From: Mycobacterium leprae TN
GTDB lineage: Bacteria > Actinomycetota > Actinomycetes > Mycobacteriales > Mycobacteriaceae
Direction of reading: 5' to 3'
Assembly: GCF_000195855.1 (NCBI RefSeq)
Contig: NC_002677.1
Coordinates: 1,860,001 to 1,892,000, forward strand
DNA length: 32,000 nt
Positions 23,536 through 31,129 of the stretch are shown here, one piece after another. Under the pieces are notes generated by a model. The model saw nothing but the letters and a program-made list of their open reading frames with translations. It was not told the origin of the DNA and did no database searches. A program made the translations under genes and the position numbers. Numbering within the stretch: the stretch's first letter is position 1; each line of letters starts with the position of its first letter.

Positions 23536-24579
23536 CTAGCGTTCGTGGGCCATCCCATGGCTGGCATTCTGTTCCGACTGGCCAGCCGAGCATGGCGGCG
23601 AATCACCGCGTATATCGATACGCCACCCGGTAAGCCGAGCGGCTAGCCGCGCGTTCTGGCCCTCCTTGCCGATGGCCAGAGACAACTGAAAGTCGGGAAC
23701 CACTACGCGGGCTGCCCGGGCAGTCTGATCGATAACCGACACCGAGACCACCTTCGCGGGCGATAATGCGTTGGCGACGAAACGGGCCGGGTCCTCATCG
23801 TAATCGATGATGTCGATCTTTTCTCCGGAAAGTTCGCTCATCACATTTCGGACCCGTTGGCCCATCGGACCGATACAGGCCCCTTTGGCATTCAAACCGG
23901 GAACGCGGGAGGCCACCGCAATCTTGGAACGATGGCCGGCCTCCCGGGCCACCGACACAATCTCCACCGACCCGTCGGCGATCTCCGGGACTTCCAACGA
24001 GAAAAGCTTGCGTACCAAGTTGGGGTGGGTACGCGACAAGGTGATCAGCGGCTCACGCGCCCCACGAGTCACACCGACCACATAGCACCGCAAACGGTTG
24101 CCATGTTCGTAGCTCTCGCCAAGGACCTGTTCAGCCGCCGGGATCACTCCTTCGGAAGCCTTGGTCTCACTACCCATCCGGACGACGACTAATCCACGGG
24201 CGTTGGCCCGGCTGTCGCGCTGGATCACACCCGCGACGATCTCACCCTCGCGGGTGGAAAACTCTCCGTAAGTGCGCTCATTTTCGGCGTCGCGAAATCG
24301 TTGCAGCATCACCTGCCGCGCGGTAGTAGCCGCGATCCGGCCAAAACCCTCTGGCGTGTCATCCCATTCGCTAATGACATTGCCATCGTCATCGACTTCG
24401 CGGGCGATCACTTTCACAACGCCAGTTTTGCGGTCGATGTCAATACGCGCGTCTATCTGATGCCCCTGGGTATGCCGGTAAGCAGTTAGCAGGGCGGACC
24501 TAATCGTGTCGAGCAACTCATTGACCGAGATACCCCGATCCATCTCGATCGCATGTAGCGCAGCCATGTCGATGTTCAT
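23536..24579 (-). CDS. nusA: transcription termination/antitermination factor NusA
   Basis: 347 aa. N-terminal domain [24 protein letters not shown]1 domain ([17 protein letters not shown]), and two KH domains ([33 protein letters not shown]). Confidence 0.97.
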
Positions 24580-25111
24580 CCTCCGGCCTCCGTTCCGCTG
24601 GCCTGCCCCCTGATCAGCCCAGTCGCCAGTTCCAACTACGCTTGTGGTGAAAATTCCATCTAGACAATAGCTTTCATGATTTCAATAGCGGGATCGCGCA
24701 TACCACACAGTCGCGGTCTTCGTGGATCACCAACGTCACCGTGTCGCCGCACGTCTCCCCAATTCGATCGGTCAGCTGGGATCCGCCCGACGGCGGCCAA
24801 TTCAACCTTGCGGCCACGGGCGCGGCGAAAGTGTTTCTCGCTGGTAAACGGTCGCCCCATACCGAGCGAACTGACCTCTAGGAAGTAGCGGTCCACGATA
24901 TTATCCAGGCCGTCCAATAAAGCCGATACCGAATGTGACAGAGTGGCTATTATGTCCCGAGCGAGGACTGTGTCACCGTCGGCAAGCACCGTAATCCAGA
25001 ACGGTTGGGACCAGGTGTGGATGATCACGTCTTCGACCTCGTAGCCTGCACGGGCGACTCTCCACCAAGCAGCTCGATGACCTGTATCTGCGAAGGTAGC
25101 CCGGTGTTCAC
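24576..25111 (-). pseudogene. rimP: ribosome maturation factor RimP remnant (Rv2842c-like)
   Basis: GTG 25111-NTGLPSQIQVIELLGGE runs into TGA. A 1-nt deletion near 25052-25060 puts AGYEVEDVIIHTWSQPFWITVLADGD..RYFLEVSSLGMGRPFTSEKHFRRARGRKVEL in another frame. The next conserved block, SGGSQLTDRIGETCGDTVTLVIHEDRDCVVCAIPL, is in a third frame and ends in TGA. The tail [11 protein letters not shown](24662..24660)-MEFSPQA-TAG(24638..24636)-LELATGL..GTEAGG-TGA still overlaps the nusA ATG (ATGA). That makes at least 3 frameshifts plus 2 in-frame stops. The 122-aa track ORF (24660-25028) is out of the ancestral frame for about 35 codons. Confidence 0.85.
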
Positions 25112-25238
25112 GGCGAGTTCCTCATCTTGAGTTGTCGGCGGAATCCAACGAACAACGATACGCCAGGAATCGTGAATCACGATGTGATCGTGTAGTCAAG
25201 ATAAACTCATCACGCCTTAAACCGGTCCCAATGGCAGG

Positions 25239-25775
25239 ATGTTGCTTGTGCCCAGTGCAGTACCCGTCATCAACAGGCGCGGTGTGCTCGCCGGTGGTGC
25301 TACCCTGACTGTGCTCGGAGTGTGTTTCTCCGCCTGCAGTAAGTCCCCGTCCAAGACCCCAGAGATCGAAGAGCTACTAGGTCCATTGGACCAGGCCAGA
25401 CACGATAGTGCGCTGGCTTCCGCCGCCGCGGCTGCCATCGGCAACCTGCCGCAAATCACTGCAGCGCTGGCTGTGGTCGCCACCCAACGCGCCGCGCATG
25501 CCCGAGCACTGGTCACCGAGATCTCTCGGGCCACCGGCAAGCTCGCCTCCTCCTCAAGCGACACAACCAGCCCCGGCCTCAGCCCAGCTAGTCCGCCGTC
25601 GAAGCCACCGCCACCGGTATCCGACGTGATCGATGCACTGCGCACATCAGCGGAGGGTGCTGGTCGCCTAGTCTCCACCGCATCGGGATACCGGGCCGGC
25701 CTGCTCGCCTCTATAGCCGCTTCCTGCACAGCGTCCTACACGGTTGCGCTCGTGTCTGGAGGTCCATCGATATGA
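25239..25775 (+). CDS. Ala-rich putative Tat-exported lipoprotein, Rv2843-like (ferritin-like/DUF4439-related)
   Basis: 178-aa ORF. It has an N-terminal twin-arginine-like INRRGVLAGGATLTVLGV followed by the lipobox-like FSAC. The Ala-rich body reads LDQARHDSALASAAAAA..ATQRAAHARAL. Its stop overlaps the next gene's start (ATGA at 25772-25775). The exact start is uncertain. Confidence 0.78.
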   Translation: MLLVPSAVPVINRRGVLAGGATLTVLGVCFSACSKSPSKTPEIEELLGPLDQARHDSALASAAAAAIGNLPQITAALAVVATQRAAHARALVTEISRATGKLASSSSDTTSPGLSPASPPSKPPPPVSDVIDALRTSAEGAGRLVSTASGYRAGLLASIAASCTASYTVALVSGGPSI

Positions 25776-26269
25776 CATCCATTGAGCCCAGCGCACCAAC
25801 CCCGGTCGCCACACCCAAACGGACCCCGGTTAGTCAGGATTCCGACAACGCTGGGCTGAGTGAGGCGCTTGTCGTCGAACACTCGACCATTTATGGCTAC
25901 GGCATCGTGTTAGCGTTGTCGCCCCCGAATGCCAACAGCCTGGTAGTGGACGCCCTTATCCAGCATCGCCAACGGCGCGACGATATCATCGTGATGCTGA
26001 CCGCACGCCGAGTCAGTCCTCCAGTCGCAGCGTCCGGCTACCAGCTGCCCATGCTGGTCGGCAGCGCGGCCGATGCGGCACGCCTGGCCGTGCGGATGGA
26101 AAACGACGGAGCGACAGCCTGGCGAGCCGTCGCCGAACACGCCGAGACGGCCGATGACCGCACGTTCGCCGCGATGGCCCTAGCCCAAAGCGCAGTCATG
26201 GCCGCCCGATGGAACAAAATGCTGGGCGCCTGGCCCATCACCACCACCTTCCCTGGCAGCAACGAATAG
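25772..26269 (+). CDS. DUF4439 ferritin-like protein, Rv2844-like
   Basis: 165-aa ORF with EALVVEHSTIYGYGIVLA..ALIQHRQRRDDIIVML..YQLP..DAARLAVRMENDGATAWRAV, the DUF4439 pattern as I recall it. It is translationally coupled to the upstream lipoprotein gene. Confidence 0.82.
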   Translation: MTSIEPSAPTPVATPKRTPVSQDSDNAGLSEALVVEHSTIYGYGIVLALSPPNANSLVVDALIQHRQRRDDIIVMLTARRVSPPVAASGYQLPMLVGSAADAARLAVRMENDGATAWRAVAEHAETADDRTFAAMALAQSAVMAARWNKMLGAWPITTTFPGSNE

Positions 26270-26293
26270 CGCGGGTAGCACCCCGACGACGGC

Positions 26294-27898
26294 CTACAGT
26301 TCGCCGGCGTCGACCGCTTCCTTGACCTCCTGCGCGTAGGCCACCTGCTCGGGGGTGTACCCGATGAACAGCGCCGCCACGCCGACGATGACGACCGCTC
26401 CGGCCACCCACAGCAGGCCGTAGGTGTAGCCGTGATCAAGTGCACGCAACTGCGCGTCGTTCATAAACTTCACTGGGCCGGTGGTACCGCCCAGGTACAG
26501 CGTGCGCGAGGTGATGACCGCTTGGATGACAGCCAGCACGAGTGGCCCGCCGAGGCTCTGCAGCATTAGCGCAATCGCGGACACCGGGCCGATCCGATCG
26601 AAACCTACCCCGGCGATAGCAGACAACGTCAGCGGGACGACGGCCATGCCGATGCCGATTCCACCAACGACGATGGGTGCTAACAGGTTGGGAAAATAGG
26701 GAACGCCGCGGTTCATGAACGCCCAACCGTACAGCATAGCGACCATGAGCAGCCATCCACCACCTATCGTCAATACCCGTGGCGAAAACCGAGACACCAA
26801 CTGTGAAGACACGCCCAGGCCGATTCCCATCGCGATGACGAACGGGATAAAGCCGATGCCAGCGCGTAGCGCGCTGTAGCCCAAGATGTCCTGTATGTAT
26901 AGGCCGATGGATACAGTCAAGCTGAAAATGACGCCACCGGCCAGGAAAATCGCGATGAAGGTGACCAGCCGATTACGGTCCCGGAACAGGTCAAACGGTA
27001 CGACAGGATTTTCAGCAGTACGTTCCACGACGGCAAATGCGATAGCGGCTACCAATGCCACCAAGCCCGAACCGATCGTGGTCAGCGAAATCCAACCCTT
27101 CTCCGGTCCCATCGAGAAGGCGAAAACGGCCGCGGTGCAAGCCAGCGTGGCCAGAATGGCCCCAGCCGCGTCCAGCTTCATCCGCTCCTTGTGGGTCTCA
27201 TGCAAAGCGGTGCGGGCCAGGTAGATCATCACCAACCCAATCGGCACGTTCACTAAAAACGCCAGTCGCCACGACACCTCGGTAAGCGCCCCGCCGACCA
27301 CGAGGCCCATCACCGAGCCGATTGCCGTCATCGCGGCGAACACCGCCGTAGCGGTATTGCGCGCTGAGCCCTTAGAGAAGGTGGTTGCAACCAGTGCGAG
27401 ACCGGTCGGTGATGCGATAGCCGACCCGATGCCCTGCAATAGTCGAGCAATGACCAAGGTCACTTCGTCCCAGGCCACAGCGCAAAGCACCGAGGAAATA
27501 GTAAACAGCGCGACGCCGACGATGAACGTGCGCTTGCGCCCGATGGTGTCGCCGAGGCGGCCACCGAGCAACATCAGCCCGCCGAATGTCAGCACGTAGG
27601 CAGTAATCCCCCAACTACGGCCGGCGTCGGACAGGCTCAGCTCGTTTTGAATCTTGGGAAGCGCGACGATGGCGACGGTGCTGTCCATGGTCGCCAATAG
27701 CTGCATGCCACCGATCACGATGACCGCTGCAATGAAACGACCAGAAGGGAAACGACCAGAAGGCAGCAACGTCGGGTACTTGCTTGTGCGTTCTGAGGCG
27801 GGCTCCACCTGCTGCGTCAGTCGCGACGGGGCCGGACGATCCGATCGTGCAGCTGTCCAGTTGTGGACTGCCCGCTCATGGTCGTAAAGAGTCACCAT
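26294..27898 (-). CDS. efpA: MFS (14-TMS, QacA-like) efflux protein EfpA
   Basis: 534-aa ORF that is nearly colinear with my recollection of Rv2846c. Contains MQLLATMDSTVAIVALPKIQNELSLSDAGRSW and MFS motif A GRLGDTIGRKRTF, with many TM segments. It carries an in-frame 15-bp tandem duplication (PSGRF PSGRF) before TM1. Confidence 0.95.
   Translation of the reverse strand: MVTLYDHERAVHNWTAARSDRPAPSRLTQQVEPASERTSKYPTLLPSGRFPSGRFIAAVIVIGGMQLLATMDSTVAIVALPKIQNELSLSDAGRSWGITAYVLTFGGLMLLGGRLGDTIGRKRTFIVGVALFTISSVLCAVAWDEVTLVIARLLQGIGSAIASPTGLALVATTFSKGSARNTATAVFAAMTAIGSVMGLVVGGALTEVSWRLAFLVNVPIGLVMIYLARTALHETHKERMKLDAAGAILATLACTAAVFAFSMGPEKGWISLTTIGSGLVALVAAIAFAVVERTAENPVVPFDLFRDRNRLVTFIAIFLAGGVIFSLTVSIGLYIQDILGYSALRAGIGFIPFVIAMGIGLGVSSQLVSRFSPRVLTIGGGWLLMVAMLYGWAFMNRGVPYFPNLLAPIVVGGIGIGMAVVPLTLSAIAGVGFDRIGPVSAIALMLQSLGGPLVLAVIQAVITSRTLYLGGTTGPVKFMNDAQLRALDHGYTYGLLWVAGAVVIVGVAALFIGYTPEQVAYAQEVKEAVDAGEL
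27734..27763 (-). repeat. perfect 15-bp tandem duplication (gaaacgaccagaagg x2 on plus strand) in-frame within efpA
   Basis: Read directly from the sequence. On the coding strand it encodes PSGRF-PSGRF, where M. tuberculosis EfpA (from memory) has a single PSRSF. Confidence 0.9.
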
Positions 27899-27998
27899 AG
27901 CCGGTTACCCTACAGTAATCTTAAGAGAAGTTTAATGGCCGAATGCCGCGACAGCCCAATGACAGTAAGCGCGCGAGGGCAGATCCCTTCTGCACGGA

Positions 27999-28020
27999 CC
28001 TTTTCCGGCCCTTTTCCGGC
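27999..28020. repeat. perfect 11-bp tandem duplication (ccttttccggc x2) in cysG remnant
   Basis: Read directly from the sequence. The unit is not a multiple of 3, so the duplication is frameshifting. Confidence 0.9.
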
Positions 28021-28352
28021 GTGTCGGCAAGGGTAGCCCGCAATGTCTGTTGAACGAGCCGTCGTGCCAATTTGAACTACCAGCACCGGCGCATCCACAG
28101 GTCGGTCGCCCTTGAGCACAGCATCGACGAAAAGTGTGATCCGTTCCACCGGTATCAACAAAAACTATAATACCCGATAATGCAGCCAATGCATTCCAAT
28201 TTCACTAAACCGATTTCGGGATGACTGGGCGCGAGATGCCCGCTGAAGACTACAAATTCGTGATTTATCGCCCGGTGAGTGACCGGAAACGCCGACCAAT
28301 GCGGGCACCACTATGGCACTGGTCACACCGGGCACCACAGTCACCGAGACTT

Positions 28353-28368
28353 CCTCATAACCTCATAA
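28353..28368. repeat. perfect 8-bp tandem duplication (cctcataa x2, followed by cc) in cysG remnant
   Basis: Read directly from the sequence. It is frameshifting and lies just upstream (gene sense) of the VVPGVTSA methyltransferase block. Confidence 0.85.
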
Positions 28369-29178
28369 CCGCGAGCGAAGACAGGGTGCCTTTGAGGCGG
28401 ACCACAAAACGCCCGGATCGGACCCGTTCGATCATGACGTCATTGATTGCTTCCTGGGCCATGGCTCGGCCGTACGAAATATTTGGCAGTATCTATAACT
28501 TAACACGTACAGGGCGACAGCTCGGCGAGCAATTCGGGCGGAGCAAGTCGATCAGTGACCACAAAATCGGACCCGGGTCAATAAACGGCGGCCAAGCACG
28601 ATGATCAACTCAGGGATAACCAGGACCACTGCCGACCCAACGTGCACGACGTCGGCGGAGCCTGCAAAGTCTTCGAGGGAAAGCAGGCGTCGTTTGCACA
28701 CCTCAGCGAATGGCCGACCGGATCGCTACCGACCGACGGTGCTCGCCACCAACCGAAAAATCTACCGACAACCTCACGTAGCTGAACGACACCCGCGTCA
28801 CCGCGGTCCCTTCGACAGCAATATCGGCGTGGAAGCAAAAGATTCGACAACGATCGATCTCAGCGACCACCGCCTCATTCACCTGTACGTCACCGAGTAG
28901 CCGCGATCGCGGACCAGGCGTCGTCAAGGGAGCCATCGCGGTATTCCCGCGCCGACAATAGTGATTCCGTTCATTGCCTTGACGGCGTGATCGCGGTACG
29001 GGAAATGATGTGCATGTCGGCGCCGCTGGTGATGAGCAAAGGTAACTGGCGCTGAGCAATCGTGCCTCCACCGATCACCACCTTCCTTACCTGCCAGCCG
29101 CAACCCTGCCAGGTAAGCGTTCTCAGTCACCTACCAAAGCTTAAGATCCGGGGTTGATCGCCAACCTTTCCAGCAACG

Positions 29179-30565
29179 TTACTTTCGATTAGCGACAGTG
29201 TGTGCAAAAAACCGCTCCACCACGGCCAGCGTAGCAACCGGATGGGTGTTCAGATACGAGGCGTGCATGCCGGAGTCCACGACGTCAGCATGCAAAGTGC
29301 CGTACTCACCGCCTACATCGCGAGTCCAAAAAACCCACGCTAGCCTAGCTATCGACAAATGTGACTGCAATTCGGTGAAATTCATCTCCAATCACTCGCT
29401 GAACAACCTAATACAGCGCCGATTAGGCCACCGCCACGGCGTGGCCGTATACCAATTGCAGGCGCCGAGTGAACTACGCCGATCCGGTCAACACACCGCA
29501 CATCAGGTGTCCGTCAAGGTCGAAGACCATGTAGATATAGATCAGCCCCGCGCATCCGGCATGCACCAGTGTGCCAACGATCGCCAGTGCCTTTATTTTA
29601 GCGACGGCCGACATCGTTGGCAGCAAGCTACGCAGTGAATTATTCGGGATCCCGCCGTGCCAGCAGCACCGCGTCCATGCTGTCCTGCAACGAATCACTG
29701 AGCGGATCGAATTCGACCACTTCAACGCCAGTAGCCCGCAACAATTCGGCGTGCTCTGGGTAGCCGAAATTGAATACCTTCCCGTTGCCATTGCCACGAT
29801 GGCGCACCCGCCGATCTCAGCACCACGCCCAACAACCTTGCCGCCGATCAGCAGCCCAGCACCTGGCGGCGGCAAACACAGCGACCAAGACCGTCATTTC
29901 CTCGACCGCGACGTACGCATGACGCTCGTACTCTGCGATGGTTTCATGACACAGATGTCTTGTCGGCAGCTCTAATTCAGTAAAAAGCAGAGTGGTGCCC
30001 AGCACCGCGACACCGACCTGCTCAGATGCCTGTCGCAGCACCTGCTCGTGGCCTGGCCGACTCAATACCGATTTAGAATCACACTGGCAAGCCTGGTTAG
30101 CATTATTTAACGTGGACAAGCCTTGCAGGAAAGCAGCAATGCTGTGGCTCTGGCCGCACCCATCGATCACCAGGATAACCAGGGCACCCAGCAGACCGAT
30201 TACGTGTGCAGTGGACCCCCGGAAGCATTGTGTTAGCCGCAGCGTACGCCGCGGCTAACACAATGCTTCCGTAGAACAAAACCATCACACTTTCGATCAC
30301 AACGATGTAAGCGCCAGCAGCGCTGTGCGCATACAACGGGACAATGAACTGCTCATCCACCAATACCGGGACCAGCATTGTGGCCGAGGCGGGACGCGGC
30401 CACAGTGTGGTAGCCAATCCAAACCCACCTCAAACGGCGCGACAATATGACCTGTCTTCCGCAGTGTTCCGATCAAAACCGTTGCAACCGTGATATCTCC
30501 ACTGCCTAATGCGGGGAGGCGACAACCACCTCCGGTACTGGCGCCGCTTTGTGACCCAATGCCAC
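29179..30565 (-). pseudogene. cobB: cobyrinic acid a,c-diamide synthase remnant (Rv2848c-like)
   Basis: N-terminus VPEVVVASPH-TAG-..LIGTLRKTGHIVAPFEVG (P-loop region destroyed). Then LVDEQFIVPLYAHSAAGAYIVVIESVMVLFYG, GSTAHVIGLLGALVILVIDGCGQSHSIAAFLQGL, the GATase part LLIGGKVVGRGAE..HAGCAGLIYI..GHLMCGVL, and the C-terminal MHASYLNTHPVATLAVVERF. These lie in several frames with stops. The start is approximate. Confidence 0.82.
30220..30271. repeat. 52-bp near-perfect palindrome (21-bp perfect arms around a self-complementary gcgtacgc core)
   Basis: cggaagcattgtgttagccgc-a-gcgtacgc-c-gcggctaacacaatgcttccg. The arms at 30220-30240 and 30251-30271 are exact reverse complements, and 50 of 52 positions are self-complementary. 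Confidence 0.95.
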
Positions 30566-31129
30566 AAACGTCCTGCTTCCATCCGGTTTTTCACTTTAGG
30601 TAATCCCGGTCGCTAAATCAGCAGACTCGACAAACAGTGGCGGAACATCACGTGCGATGATCACCACATGCTGCTGACCAGGCCAGACCAACAAAACGTC
30701 CACCACATCGTCTACGTCGACCCAACCCCAGTTCAGCAGATAGGTGGACTCAATCCCAGCCCATAGAAACCATTGCTTTGTCAAGCCATCCGTTGCGGCC
30801 TCCGCGTGATCGCGGTCGCTGCCCGCCTTGCACAACGTACGCGTCCAGAACCGGCCGGCACTCAATTTTATGCCATTCGACGGCCCCATCGACCCCGTTC
30901 TGGTCGTGCAACTGATCAAACTGACGAAAAGCCGGCTCTTCACTGACTTTTCCCTTGACGCTCTTAACGAACTGGAAGACAACGAAGTCCAGTCCACTAT
31001 ATCTAGGAACACAAGAACATTCCAAACACTGCCGTCGATTTGTCCCTTGCCCGCACCGGTATGGATGCTAGTATGAATGTGTTGCACCGAGCACGGAGCC
31101 GATATTATCGCCGGTTGCTTGGAGCCCAT
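30540..31129 (-). pseudogene. cobO: cob(I)yrinic acid a,c-diamide adenosyltransferase remnant (Rv2849c-like)
   Basis: IHTGAGKGQ (P-loop, frame A), then VVFQFVKSVKGKVSEEPAFRQ..VEWHKIECRP in frame B, then back to frame A for AEAATDGL..LLNWGWVDVDDVVDVLLVWPGQQHVVIIARDVPPLFVESADLATGIT-TAA(30596). A recognisable tail, SEKPDGSR.., continues past the stop. There are two compensating frameshifts plus a premature stop. The ends are approximate. Confidence 0.78.

Larger units (their letters stand above)
27910..29130 (-). pseudogene. cysG: siroheme synthase / uroporphyrin-III C-methyltransferase remnant (Rv2847c-like)
   Basis: MTENAYLAGLRLAGK, then after a frame change KVVIGGGTIAQRQLPLLITSGADMHIIS (Rossmann fold). 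The SUMT block EVSVTVVPGVTSAIVVPALVGVSGHS and the C-terminal ..PVLVVQIGTTARS..ALTVIG.. lie in different frames. It contains frameshifting tandem duplications of 11 bp (27999-28020) and 8 bp (28353-28368). The full ~407-codon length is retained. Confidence 0.85.

Noticed and set aside
24660-25028. 122-aa ORF as a short functional RimP
   Set aside because: It lacks the conserved N-terminal ~30 residues, which lie in another frame upstream. It reads about 35 codons out of the ancestral frame and stops before the ancestral C-terminus.
25217-25729. 170-aa minus-strand ORF opposite the Rv2843-like lipoprotein gene
   Set aside because: The plus-strand gene has a signal peptide and lipobox, is coupled to the downstream DUF4439 gene, and matches M. 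tuberculosis gene order. The antisense frame is a low-complexity shadow.
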